From contig DYKD01000004.1 in assembly GCA_020722765.1 (NCBI GenBank), positions 10,250-74,249 of the forward strand: 64,000 bases of DNA, read 5' to 3'. The translations under genes and the position numbers were made by a program. Shown here piece by piece: positions 47,181 through 56,768 of the stretch; position 1 is the first letter of the stretch; each line of letters opens with the position of its first letter. The notes below the pieces were generated by a model. The model was not told the DNA's origin, searched no databases, and saw only the letters and a list, made by a program, of their open reading frames with translations. This stretch comes from Brevinema andersonii (GTDB lineage Bacteria > Spirochaetota > DYKD01).

Positions 47181-48911
47181 TTAAACGCTTGACGCTTCAA
47201 CCGCCTCTAAGCAAGCTTGTACTGCGTTAGTGATGTCATTCTTGCTCGGTGCGATTAAATCAGTCATATGTGGGCTAAAATCACCAAACTTGGGCGGTAG
47301 TTGCCACGGATGGCAAACTAAAGTCGGTTTCTGTAAATAAAGTGATAAACACGCGATGGATGAATGGATGCAAACGACGAGTTTGCAATTCATCATCGCC
47401 TTGGCGACATCAAGGAAGGGGCGTCCTCTTAGATCGACACTGTTCGAGATATAAAACTCCCCAGGAAGTCCAACGGTGTAAATTTTTCTGCCGAACACTG
47501 ACCAATCGACGTGCTTCATCGAAGCAACTTTTTTCCAAATGTTTCTTGTCTCGGGGTGAACGACAAGAGCATTCTCGGGCGTGTCAATTAATTTAGAGCT
47601 ATTCATCAAGAACAACAACTCTTTAGGATACCTAAATCCATTCTCCCAAGTCAAGTCATAATCGCTGAATGAGAGGTCTGCTTCAATGGCGTTGAACTGG
47701 TCTAAATAATTATTGAAAAAAGCTTTGCGAGCGTTAAGATCCTGCGGTGTTGTTAGGTCCTTTTTTATAATTATTTCAAGCGGATAGAAGTGTGTTAAAA
47801 ACTGTGCGACTGTCTCTGAAAACGTGCCTGTAATCCAATAAATTTTATTGACTCCCTCTTCCAGGATGAGTTTATTGAAAAAGGGGATCATGTGGAATGC
47901 GTCCCCATATAGTAAACCACCAAGAATCACTTTCGCTGTCTTGCCTCTCGTAGAAACTGATTCCAAAGCGGGTTCTTTTTTATCCTCTTCTAGCTCAACA
48001 ACATCATGCTGGACGATGTCGGTGGGTGGAAAGTCTGCGTTTGTCGAGACTGTCTCAGGCTCTGGTCCCCAATTGAAATTGCGTCCCAAAAGCTTTGAAA
48101 GCTCGACGTTGTATGGACGGAAAAAGTCGTACAGTCGTTTCTCGATATCAGGATTGATTGGTTGAGGGATATTCCATGTATTCTCATGTCCGAAAGTGTG
48201 GATCGCGTCCCACCAATGCTCAATCGGAGAAAAATTATACCTTGACACATTGATAAAATCGCAGACTTGATCCAGCACCTTCTGTGGATCATCAAAGAAG
48301 TCCTCGCTCTTTATGATGAGAAACTGTTCGAGCGGGAACCATTGTAACCAATGCTTAAGGTACACAACATACTTCCCACGCTCCAAGTATGAGTAAAGCT
48401 GGTAATTTCGACTTTTAGATGGTTGGTCAAATGATGCTGGGTCGAGTCTGCCCGACATTCTCTCGGGCTCAAGCTCGACAGCTTCTTCGAATGTGCTAAC
48501 TGTCTCATCGCCACCTTTAACAACCATCCAAAAGTTTTCATAGGCGCGCTTCACAGGGTCACAAAACATCGCAATAAACTTTTGTTGCGGATTTATGTGC
48601 CAAATTCGTTCAGCCGCTTTTAAGTGACTGATATGATCTATGGACCCATCGATGTTGAAAGTGCCCTTAGGATGCTTATACGTGCCCCTTATTCTAGGAA
48701 GAGTTTCTTCTTCACTTTTCCAATGCCAAGAAAACAAGTGCGATTCCTTGATCAAATCGTGAGGATAAAAACTTGGATGCCTCCTCAAATTATAAAACAG
48801 TGAGGACGTGCCTGCACGAGGAGAAGCGATCATGCACGCCTCAGGCAGAAAAATAGTATCTTCCTGCGGTTTGAAAAAATCAGCGTTTTTAGGTTTCATT
48901 TTCTTTGCCAT
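47181..48911 (-). CDS. Sulfotransferase fused to GT9-like glycosyltransferase domain
   Basis: SPRAGTSSL (5'-PSB), KE.H.F, DPVKRAY, YLERGKY..LK.W; C-terminal GD..H..P, DLRG, CIHSSIACL. Confidence 0.75.
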   Translation of the reverse strand: MAKKMKPKNADFFKPQEDTIFLPEACMIASPRAGTSSLFYNLRRHPSFYPHDLIKESHLFSWHWKSEEETLPRIRGTYKHPKGTFNIDGSIDHISHLKAAERIWHINPQQKFIAMFCDPVKRAYENFWMVVKGGDETVSTFEEAVELEPERMSGRLDPASFDQPSKSRNYQLYSYLERGKYVVYLKHWLQWFPLEQFLIIKSEDFFDDPQKVLDQVCDFINVSRYNFSPIEHWWDAIHTFGHENTWNIPQPINPDIEKRLYDFFRPYNVELSKLLGRNFNWGPEPETVSTNADFPPTDIVQHDVVELEEDKKEPALESVSTRGKTAKVILGGLLYGDAFHMIPFFNKLILEEGVNKIYWITGTFSETVAQFLTHFYPLEIIIKKDLTTPQDLNARKAFFNNYLDQFNAIEADLSFSDYDLTWENGFRYPKELLFLMNSSKLIDTPENALVVHPETRNIWKKVASMKHVDWSVFGRKIYTVGLPGEFYISNSVDLRGRPFLDVAKAMMNCKLVVCIHSSIACLSLYLQKPTLVCHPWQLPPKFGDFSPHMTDLIAPSKNDITNAVQACLEAVEASSV

Positions 48912-48914
48912 TAA

Positions 48915-49865
48915 TCACAGCTCCCGAAGTCCGTATTTTTCCAAATTCTGAATCAGATCAATCCACCTACCCCTGAAATGGGCAAAGGTAGCGTTTTGTT
49001 CAATCCACTCTCTCGGATTGAATCGATCTCGAGTTTCCCACACCTCTCTTATTGCTTCTACAAATTGATCCAAATCCGCATAATAAGGTACTACTCGACC
49101 AACAGTTTCACTACCAACATCACTCTCAAAAAGTCCAACGTTAGTTACTACCATCGGTAGGTTACAACTCATCGCCTCAAGACACGCATATGCATTACCT
49201 TCAGAGCAGCTGATATGAATGAACATGTCGGCGCGCTGGAACTTGGCGGGTTCCTCACCTATTTCAGCATTTAAAAATTCAAACTGGAACTCGGGTAAAC
49301 GCTTCGCAATCTCTCTTACTTTGAAATCCCCTTTTCGCCACTCATTAGCAACATGTACTATGATTGGCTTTGCGTTATTGTTTTTCTTAGGGGTAAACAC
49401 GTCGTGGTCGATCCCATGAAGCAGAATCGGAGCGTCATCACGTCCATGATAATCCACTAATTCCCTCTTCGCTCCTGTTGAACAAGCAACAGGTAAAACG
49501 TTGGGTTTCCCTTTTACAGCAGGACGTTTCTCTCTACCAGGAATTCCCCACATTCTAACTTGTGACTCTTCATAAGGAGGATCAGGATGGTCTCTCGGTT
49601 CAGGAATCCATTGCCACCTCTGCCACACAGCAACCCAAGTACCATGACAAACTGATATAATGGGAGACCTATCAGGAATGTTAAGGCCGTGACCACCATC
49701 AACAATAAACAAAGTTTTAGGAAGATAAGCACCTCGATATTCATGATCAACCAACAATTGGGCACCCACCGCTCTCTCGAGGTACATTGAGTATTTCTCC
49801 ACACCGCCCTTATAACCGTCCCTACGACGGTGAGCGCTGATATGAATAATTCTTTCTGGATTCAC
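48915..49865 (-). CDS. GT4 (GT-B) glycosyltransferase
   Basis: GGVE, HGT, HGID..F.P, KG, EGNAYACLEAMSCNLPMV. Confidence 0.85.
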   Translation of the reverse strand: MNPERIIHISAHRRRDGYKGGVEKYSMYLERAVGAQLLVDHEYRGAYLPKTLFIVDGGHGLNIPDRSPIISVCHGTWVAVWQRWQWIPEPRDHPDPPYEESQVRMWGIPGREKRPAVKGKPNVLPVACSTGAKRELVDYHGRDDAPILLHGIDHDVFTPKKNNNAKPIIVHVANEWRKGDFKVREIAKRLPEFQFEFLNAEIGEEPAKFQRADMFIHISCSEGNAYACLEAMSCNLPMVVTNVGLFESDVGSETVGRVVPYYADLDQFVEAIREVWETRDRFNPREWIEQNATFAHFRGRWIDLIQNLEKYGLREL

Positions 49866-49892
49866 GCTAAACTCCGGATGCGACAGACTAGG

Positions 49893-50099
49893 TTAAGCCC
49901 TGTCGTCCTGCCATTCGACAGCTTGAAATGCGCCGCATTCAACACAAACAAAACCACTCCTGGTGATGAAAAACTGAACACACCCGCAATTGCATTCCCA
50001 CATCTCGATAAACTCGGCACCAAAATCAACAGGATTCAGGTTTGCTTTGCGTCGCTTTGAGAGATCGATGACTTTCCCGCCACCGTTTTGATTCTTCAT
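49893..50099 (-). CDS. Small zinc-ribbon protein
   Basis: WECNCG...CVECG. Confidence 0.55.
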   Translation of the reverse strand: MKNQNGGGKVIDLSKRRKANLNPVDFGAEFIEMWECNCGCVQFFITRSGFVCVECGAFQAVEWQDDRA

Positions 50100-50135
50100 A
50101 ATAGTTGGCCTTTAGACGTACTACGGAAAACGTAC

Positions 50136-50819
50136 TCAAGCTGCCATTCCTTCCAAATTCAGCTCATCAATTCTATCTCTATATTTTTCATAACAACGCC
50201 GTAAATTCCTATCATGTAGCTCCCAATCTATAGGACCCGTAGCGGCCGAATTGTGAACACAAAGCCCACCAAGAACCGCGAGGCGATACCCATGAGCTTT
50301 CATGTCCAAACTGAGCATCAGCTCTTCATGCCATCGGAACCCGAACGCTTCGTCATAATACAATCCTATATTACGAAACGCTAGAAAAAATCCTGTAAGG
50401 TAATCAACATAACCTCCACGGTTACAATGCACATGTGAATGTATATCCATCCACTGTTTGATAAGACCACCCTGTTGTCCGATCATTCCCACTTTAGGTT
50501 CAGCGTCGAAGAAATCTATACACCTTTGATACCATCCAGGGAAGACGATCACATCATCATCAATCTGAAAAATAAATTCACTAGTAGCTCGCTTAAAAGC
50601 AACGTTTCGTGCAACAACACCAATGTTTTTCTCCATATGAATTGGTGTTACATTGAATGGTTTTGTATCGAGCCATTCCTTTGTACCATCACTTGACGCA
50701 TTATTGACTACCAGAATGTCGCAAGAAGTTGGTAAACTTTTCGAAATAGCTTCTAAACACGCTCTTAGTCTGTTCAATCGATTGTACGTCAGTACAACTA
50801 CCGTCGCGCGGTTGGACAT
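50136..50819 (-). CDS. GT2 glycosyltransferase
   Basis: VVVLTYNR, VVNNASSDGT, ARN, IDDD. Confidence 0.88.
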   Translation of the reverse strand: MSNRATVVVLTYNRLNRLRACLEAISKSLPTSCDILVVNNASSDGTKEWLDTKPFNVTPIHMEKNIGVVARNVAFKRATSEFIFQIDDDVIVFPGWYQRCIDFFDAEPKVGMIGQQGGLIKQWMDIHSHVHCNRGGYVDYLTGFFLAFRNIGLYYDEAFGFRWHEELMLSLDMKAHGYRLAVLGGLCVHNSAATGPIDWELHDRNLRRCYEKYRDRIDELNLEGMAA

Positions 50820-51516
50820 TGTCTTCTTCTCCTTGCTCGAGTTCTTTTACTTTCACAACCACAATTGAACCATATCTACCTTCAATCTCATAATAAAGAT
50901 TATCCTTGCAAAAATCGTAAACGACCCGTATCGGTCCCTCAAACCTGATAGAGCCGCGGATTAAATCCATGCAATCATGAAACGCAATCCTTCCACCTGG
51001 AACTACTTTATCACACCAATTGAGATAGTCATTCCTACAAGCATCGTAAGCATGATCACCATCTATAAAAAGCAGCTCTACATCCAAATCGAACTCTTTA
51101 GCAGCCTCTTTTGAACTCATTTTACTGGGCTTCACGAAGTCGGAGACACCGCATGTTTGCAAATTGGAAACGAGTTTGTCAAATACATCTACTCCTTCCA
51201 TAAATGCCCCGCCACTATAATCATCAAAAGTGAAGACTGGTATTTTGGGCCCACTTATAGAACCTAGAGCAAGTGCAACTGTTGATTTTCCATAATATGA
51301 CCCAATTTCAACGATTGCTCTATTTCCACTCCTACACAATGAAGCGAGATAGGCTAAGAAATTATCTTCATCATTAAATAAACAACCTTGAACGAGGGAA
51401 GTTGTTTCAACCACGTTCAAGGACTTTTCGTAATTTATTTTTGGAATGTGCTGACAGAAATCGCAGACAGCGGGGTCTATAATTGCGCAACTAGTTGTGC
51501 ATTCAGGTACGGTCAT
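50701..51516 (-). CDS. Class I SAM methyltransferase (Methyltransf_24-like)
   Basis: VEIGSYYGKST, LLFIDGDH.Y, PGG.IAFHD. Confidence 0.88.
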   Translation of the reverse strand: MTVPECTTSCAIIDPAVCDFCQHIPKINYEKSLNVVETTSLVQGCLFNDEDNFLAYLASLCRSGNRAIVEIGSYYGKSTVALALGSISGPKIPVFTFDDYSGGAFMEGVDVFDKLVSNLQTCGVSDFVKPSKMSSKEAAKEFDLDVELLFIDGDHAYDACRNDYLNWCDKVVPGGRIAFHDCMDLIRGSIRFEGPIRVVYDFCKDNLYYEIEGRYGSIVVVKVKELEQGEEDNVQPRDGSCTDVQSIEQTKSVFRSYFEKFTNFLRHSGSQ

Positions 51517-51530
51517 TGCTTGCTCTCCTT

Positions 51531-52193
51531 CTACCTCACTTTCTTCAAATATCCATTTGGATTAAATGTGGCAAAAAACTTTTCACGCGAATGATCAATA
51601 ACAAAATCAGGGTGCGATTGAATCCACTCTTCGATTGCTTCAAATGGTCCAGGTCCATAATCGGGTTCTACAGGATGCCCATTGACATTAGAGTCTTCAA
51701 CGATCAAGTAACTATTCACCGTAACAATCGGACTCCATAAGTTCATCTCTTTCAGTACATGATCTTTCTTGTGATCTGTATCCAAATCAACTAATACCCT
51801 CAACTTCAATTGTGTGACTTCCTGCTTGACACGTTCGACAATTGCAGGGTCGATGGACGATCCTTTAATATAGGTAATACGCGGATGTTTAGGCCTATTT
51901 GTGACTACATCGCTTGTAATATTGTAATCACTGTTAGTATCAATAGAGTAAACCTTCCCGTGTCCGAGTAGATCCAACATGTGTGCGAAGAACAAAGTAC
52001 TGCCGCCATGAGCAGTGCCCGCCTCTACAATTAGGTCGGGTTTAATCTCAAAGATAATCTCTTGGAATATCCACATGTCTAATGGACACTTCCAAGTTTG
52101 ATAGCCAAACCAAGAGGTACCCGATCTCTCACCCCAAGTTTGGTCCGCGCTATCATAAAACAGTTTAACAAACTCGGCCGCAACAGGATGCAT
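51531..52193 (-). CDS. CmcI / rhamnosyl O-methyltransferase family protein
   Basis: KCPLD.W.FQEII..KPD.I.EAG...GGS, LD.DH...HVL.E, YLIVED, FNPNGYLK. Confidence 0.88.
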   Translation of the reverse strand: MHPVAAEFVKLFYDSADQTWGERSGTSWFGYQTWKCPLDMWIFQEIIFEIKPDLIVEAGTAHGGSTLFFAHMLDLLGHGKVYSIDTNSDYNITSDVVTNRPKHPRITYIKGSSIDPAIVERVKQEVTQLKLRVLVDLDTDHKKDHVLKEMNLWSPIVTVNSYLIVEDSNVNGHPVEPDYGPGPFEAIEEWIQSHPDFVIDHSREKFFATFNPNGYLKKVR

Positions 52194-52223
52194 CGTTTTT
52201 CCTCCTTCAGTGAATGCTCCCTC

Positions 52224-53090
52224 TTATCCCTCAAACTGGGATGTATCAATCCATTTTTGGCTTATCACCGTCCACCAATCTTCAGCTAAGCCCGTTAAAA
52301 CATATTTGAATGGCAACCATCCATAGCCCTTATCGCCCCATTTAGTGCCCCAAGAATTTCTAATAAGAAGCGCCCCAGTTTGTTTATTACCATCGCGTGT
52401 ATTCACAATCTCTTTTGCCATATCATAACCAACAGCCATCACTGCATGTCCTCCGACAACATCTTCCTTTGGCGCGGGAAATGGTATTTCACCGTTCGCT
52501 TCAGCATCATCGAGGCAAGTATAACAAGTAAAACCGAAAATCGAAGGAAAGCCGGCTCTTAAATATGCAAGAACAAGATTAAGGGTCTTACTTGAATCTT
52601 GACCTGCGGGATCAAGGCGAAGATACCTTATCGTTTTAAAATTATCTGCAAACGCATAACAAAATGCTGGTGGCTCCTCGTCGAAATTCTGAGTATTATA
52701 AGGCCAGTATTCTTCGGGAGGAACTCCAAACATCACCATCGCACCCATCGTAGCCCTAAGTGAAGCGCCAGTATCACCGCTTAACTTAAGAAGCTTGCGA
52801 GTGACCTTATAAAGAAATAGTCGAGACATATCGATGTGCTTTTGGGCGTTTGTTGCACGACGTTCATGAAACTCAACTATTCCAACACCCGCGTTGGCAG
52901 TACAAGAACCAATCTCTCCTTGGTCTTCGATGGGTGAGCACCATTTTCTCAAATCAACAGATTCTGGGACATGATGTGAAGACAATGAAATACCAGCTTT
53001 TTGTAAAAGGGGTTTTACTTCAGGTGAATTGGAGGTGTAATCACGAATATCTTTGAAATCTGGAATCCAACCAAGGGAATACTTAAACAT
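52224..53090 (-). CDS. Papain-like C1 cysteine peptidase
   Basis: DQG.IGSCTANA, GGHAVMAVGYD, IRNSWG..WG..GY. Confidence 0.93.
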   Translation of the reverse strand: MFKYSLGWIPDFKDIRDYTSNSPEVKPLLQKAGISLSSHHVPESVDLRKWCSPIEDQGEIGSCTANAGVGIVEFHERRATNAQKHIDMSRLFLYKVTRKLLKLSGDTGASLRATMGAMVMFGVPPEEYWPYNTQNFDEEPPAFCYAFADNFKTIRYLRLDPAGQDSSKTLNLVLAYLRAGFPSIFGFTCYTCLDDAEANGEIPFPAPKEDVVGGHAVMAVGYDMAKEIVNTRDGNKQTGALLIRNSWGTKWGDKGYGWLPFKYVLTGLAEDWWTVISQKWIDTSQFEG

Positions 53091-53113
53091 GAAGTGCTCC
53101 TTATTTGACGTAG

Positions 53114-53329
53114 TTAATGCAAGATTAATGGACGTGAATCAAAAAATAGTGTGGGAATTGCGAAATACCTCCCGTTGAGAAACACAAACTGATCGCAATG
53201 TTCGAGCGGGTCATCTGCCTCTTCATACTTATCAAGTGTGATTGGAACCCCGCCTTTAAGCAAAACAAAATGTGTTGGTTTGTTTTTACAGTATCTTTCC
53301 CCCAATTTTTGCTCCTTCCAATAATTCAT
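53114..53329 (-). CDS. Hypothetical protein
   Basis: Fills the gap on the coding strand; start uncertain. Confidence 0.45.
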   Translation of the reverse strand: MNYWKEQKLGERYCKNKPTHFVLLKGGVPITLDKYEEADDPLEHCDQFVFLNGRYFAIPTLFFDSRPLILH

Positions 53330-53861
53330 CGAAAGTAAAAATTTTTGTTAAAGGTGCAGACAACGCGGCTTGTCCATTCGAGCGATCAACAAGAGCAAGG
53401 AATTGCACAATTGATACGTGCGGATACTTTTCTTTAATAGCTCGTTCAGCAAACCTCATTGTCGAACCTGAAGTAATAACGTCATCAACAATAGCTACTT
53501 TACTACTTGGGCAGATTATAGGTCCTTCAACGCTTCTAACCAATCCATACTTCTTGACAAACGGGCGTATAATCAAACCACCTAGTCCTTCTTTACAGCC
53601 TGCAGGACATGCCGCGACCATACTTGAAACTACTATACAACCACTAGTTTCGACGCCAGCGATTACGTTAACCCCAGGAAATAACGCAGACAGCAATAAG
53701 AAGGATGCGTAGTGCGCGGTGCGCACATCAAGGAATACAGGGCGGCAATCAATGTAGTAATTCGATTCGACGCCCGAATGAAGTTCAAAGTTATCGAAGT
53801 AAATAAAATTTTGCAGCGTGGTCTTAATGAAGTCGCGTGTCATTACGAAATTCCTGCCCAC
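53286..53861 (-). CDS. pyrE: Orotate phosphoribosyltransferase
   Basis: L.SG..S.YYIDCR, PRPP motif IVDDVITSGST, LVDR. Confidence 0.85.
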   Translation of the reverse strand: MGRNFVMTRDFIKTTLQNFIYFDNFELHSGVESNYYIDCRPVFLDVRTAHYASFLLLSALFPGVNVIAGVETSGCIVVSSMVAACPAGCKEGLGGLIIRPFVKKYGLVRSVEGPIICPSSKVAIVDDVITSGSTMRFAERAIKEKYPHVSIVQFLALVDRSNGQAALSAPLTKIFTFDELLEGAKIGGKIL

Positions 53862-54682
53862 GCTTTCGCGACGTCATAATCACTTGAGTATACATGAATG
53901 TCCCAACAACGCCAAGTACACGGACCTAATACAAAGTTGGCATTTTTTGGAAGCCATGGAAACGGGGAAAGAGACGCCATCAGATCATAGATGACTTCTT
54001 TAACCAGTTGAAATCCTCCCATATTTTCAGGCCATCCGTTTAGTGCATCCCAAGATCTGTAAGTAATATGATGGGTTAAATAGAAGTCCCCTAACCACGG
54101 GATGATCTGTAACGAGTAGTTAACTAAACACGGGGTTGTAATCCTTTTAGACTCGTCTTTAATCCATCCAGTACCCTGACATAATGGACATTCCGCCAAT
54201 GGGCTTTTATTTTTATTGCCATTACAACATAGCATGAACGGACACACTGTTCGATAATCAACGTCGTATTGTTTGGCATCAAATGGATCACCGATGCGAA
54301 TACATCCATGTGCATGACCTGGACCATTAACGGCAAGATAATTAGCGACCCATTCAATCATTGGGGCTAACCATTTACCATAAACATAATGAGCTTTACT
54401 ACCAGGAGGACCGTCTTCACGAATCAGATAATCAGCGAAATACTCCTCTATTTTAGAAACTGATGTTGGAGAGGGAAGTCCTTCTTTAGGCAGGGGGCAC
54501 AATGGGCGATGATGAGGATATTCAATCCAGCCAATGCCATCAATGGACTTCCGACATTCACCAGCTCGAGATCCTTCAGTTACTAGATACTCCCTGCCCT
54601 GAGTCATGATCGTTCTCAGTAAATGAAACCAACCTTCAGGCAGATCTCGACTATCTTCCACGTAAATTGGCTTGTTCTTCAT
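53843..54682 (-). CDS. Thymidylate synthase family protein (ThyA or dUMP hydroxymethylase) with Cys-rich insert
   Basis: YVYG, catalytic PCL, YRSWD...GWPEN, HVY. Confidence 0.8.
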   Translation of the reverse strand: MKNKPIYVEDSRDLPEGWFHLLRTIMTQGREYLVTEGSRAGECRKSIDGIGWIEYPHHRPLCPLPKEGLPSPTSVSKIEEYFADYLIREDGPPGSKAHYVYGKWLAPMIEWVANYLAVNGPGHAHGCIRIGDPFDAKQYDVDYRTVCPFMLCCNGNKNKSPLAECPLCQGTGWIKDESKRITTPCLVNYSLQIIPWLGDFYLTHHITYRSWDALNGWPENMGGFQLVKEVIYDLMASLSPFPWLPKNANFVLGPCTWRCWDIHVYSSDYDVAKAWAGIS

Positions 54683-54690
54683 AAACTTTC

Positions 54691-54789
54691 CTAACGTCTT
54701 TTTCCTTTTCCAGGAGTGTTCTTGCTTAACTTACGTTTCTGTTTTTCTTTCTTAACCTGCTTTTTACTCTTTTTCTTCTTTTTCCCCAT
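54691..54789 (-). CDS. 32-aa highly basic peptide (below the ORF-track cutoff)
   Basis: MGKKKKKSKKQVKKEKQKRKLSKNTPGKGKRR; fills the gap before thyA; GGTGGTG upstream. Confidence 0.5.
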   Translation of the reverse strand: MGKKKKKSKKQVKKEKQKRKLSKNTPGKGKRR

Positions 54790-55015
54790 ATTCACCACCA
54801 CAAAGCGGGCAACGGTTGACGCGAAGGAGTGAGCGAAACGGAAACAGACCGTATTTGCCCGCCGCTAATTTAACCCAAACTTTTCCATCTGGGATATCAT
54901 ATGGTCTATCGGTCAGCGCCTCAGGTTGTAAAGTCGGGAATGGCGATACATGATATGTTAAGTTAAAGCTTGGCAACTCAAGAGTCCACCCATCAGGAAT
55001 TTGCACTACTTTCAC
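54764..55015 (-). CDS. Hypothetical protein
   Basis: 83 aa with C-terminal CPLC. Confidence 0.55.
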   Translation of the reverse strand: MKVVQIPDGWTLELPSFNLTYHVSPFPTLQPEALTDRPYDIPDGKVWVKLAAGKYGLFPFRSLLRVNRCPLCGGEYGEKEEKE

Positions 55016-55550
55016 TTCCGTTCTCCACTTCTCTTAACCGCCAATCATTACATCCTTCGCAGGCGGGGTATAAACAAGTGTATTTACGCCGCAACTCGCA
55101 AAAGAATGGGCTTGTCCAAACTCTGTGGACGCCTCTATCACAAAGAAAGCCGCCGACGGGTAATTCATCTGGTTCTGGAAAAACGTTGTTGCGCGTAATG
55201 TAATCAAGATGACCCCATTGAAGTCTGTTCAAATGGGTTCTAAGTACTTCTGTGGGGTATGATTCAAGAGGCTTTTCACACTCTCGAGTTACTCCATTAT
55301 CCACATAAATTTGATTGATTCGTTCAATCAAATGTTTTGTTTCGTCATCAACTTCAATGGAGGGCGTGATTATGACCTTCTTGGCTTTTTTGGCTTTCTT
55401 TACTTTTTTGTCTTTCTTATCCCTCTGTACTTTTTCTTTTTTAACCTGTTTAACCTCCACAGCTTTATTTTCTTCTTTTTTGTGACCACGTTGCCGTGAT
55501 TCCTTCTTCGCTAAAGAGAAAATTGTCTTTAAAGCTTCCTTATAGTCCAT
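54993..55550 (-). CDS. Hypothetical protein, Lys-rich N-terminus and Cys-rich C-terminus
   Basis: 185-aa ORF coupled to its neighbours. Confidence 0.65.
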   Translation of the reverse strand: MDYKEALKTIFSLAKKESRQRGHKKEENKAVEVKQVKKEKVQRDKKDKKVKKAKKAKKVIITPSIEVDDETKHLIERINQIYVDNGVTRECEKPLESYPTEVLRTHLNRLQWGHLDYITRNNVFPEPDELPVGGFLCDRGVHRVWTSPFFCELRRKYTCLYPACEGCNDWRLREVENGSESSANS

Positions 55551-55969
55551 TACAAACCCCTGTAAACAAACGTCCTAAGGAATGTAAAAAATTCCTCGAG
55601 GTCCATGACCACTATAGGGTCGATTCTTGAGGCCTTCTTACTCGCAGCTCTTTTTAACACCAGCATCCAGAACGTATTTTCGAGCTTATTAGCTTTCGCT
55701 TGATCGATGTACTCTTTTATAGACCATGTTTCGTGGTTTTTGCACTCGATGCTAAACGGAAAGAGCTCCCTCACATGACCAAGCAATCGAATATCTACAC
55801 CTGGCTGACTAGAACCGCGTGACTCGATTAACTCGTCTTTACCCCAAGGAACATGAAGCAACTCGCTTATCTTACGACAAACAAGTTCTTGTAACGCGTT
55901 TCCTTTACGGACTTTTCCTCGGTGCGTTTGAGGTCCACTGTGCTTCTTGGGTGGTTGCTTCTTCACCAT
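55550..55969 (-). CDS. PD-(D/E)XK nuclease, Holliday junction resolvase-like
   Basis: KGNALQ, GVDI, FSIECKN.E.W..QA. Confidence 0.8.
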   Translation of the reverse strand: MVKKQPPKKHSGPQTHRGKVRKGNALQELVCRKISELLHVPWGKDELIESRGSSQPGVDIRLLGHVRELFPFSIECKNHETWSIKEYIDQAKANKLENTFWMLVLKRAASKKASRIDPIVVMDLEEFFTFLRTFVYRGL

Positions 55970-55997
55970 ACAAGAGCAGCGTCCTCGTTGCTATACA

Positions 55998-56318
55998 TTA
56001 GAACGAAAATCGAGGAGTTTCAATTGGGACTCTATGCCTCACAACGTAGTCTACCACACTCATGTCAGGATTAACTACTCCTGTTAGACCCAACCAAAAG
56101 AACACACAAAATAAAATGAGGAACACAAAACACGAAATTACACCTACTGAAGTCAACCAAGACCTTATGCTAGCAGGAGTTTCCTTCACTCCACGAAGTG
56201 TGATATAAATTCCACCCGCAACACCTAAGGCTGCGAAAACCGCGATCATTAAACAGATTGATCCGTTTAAGATCGAGGACCATCTCAACGCTTCAAGGAC
56301 ATCTGGTTGTGTTAACAT
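55998..56318 (-). CDS. Membrane protein (2 TM)
   Basis: Two hydrophobic segments. Confidence 0.6.
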   Translation of the reverse strand: MLTQPDVLEALRWSSILNGSICLMIAVFAALGVAGGIYITLRGVKETPASIRSWLTSVGVISCFVFLILFCVFFWLGLTGVVNPDMSVVDYVVRHRVPIETPRFSF

Positions 56319-56722
56319 GTTGCACCATAATAAGTTGCTCGGTTATTTGCGGTCTCTGAAACAGTGACCGATTTGACCCTTCCCGGAAATGCGTGTTGAA
56401 GTTCATTAAACAAGGTGCGGGCCATTACTTCCGCGGTAGGGGGTTCTTCAAATGTATATACTCGCTGCTCATGCAGCTGTAGGACTGACGTTAGTGGGTC
56501 CTTCTCTTGCAATAGAATCGCATGATCCCATTGATTGAGAACCACGTTCATCGCTTCCTTAAGTAATCCGAAATCATCGACCATCCCTTGATCATCAAGA
56601 GTCGCGGACATAATCTCAGCTTCAGCTACTCCAGAATGACCGTGCACAAACCTACAGTTGGCAGGATGACCCAATAGTCTGTGCGCGTACTCGAACGCTT
56701 GTTTTCTCCTTATTGTGTACAT
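56312..56722 (-). CDS. queD: 6-carboxytetrahydropterin synthase QueD
   Basis: AHRL..C..HGH, GMV.DF..LK, WDH, PTAE, V.ET. Confidence 0.93.
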   Translation of the reverse strand: MYTIRRKQAFEYAHRLLGHPANCRFVHGHSGVAEAEIMSATLDDQGMVDDFGLLKEAMNVVLNQWDHAILLQEKDPLTSVLQLHEQRVYTFEEPPTAEVMARTLFNELQHAFPGRVKSVTVSETANNRATYYGATC

Positions 56723-56768
56723 AATTTCCTCCAGGCTTAAATTAGATTGTTATGCAATGCGAGGTGCA

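Noticed and set aside
53286-53861. PRTase acting on a non-canonical base such as preQ0
   Set aside because: Motifs match ordinary PyrE and nothing in the sequence indicates changed specificity
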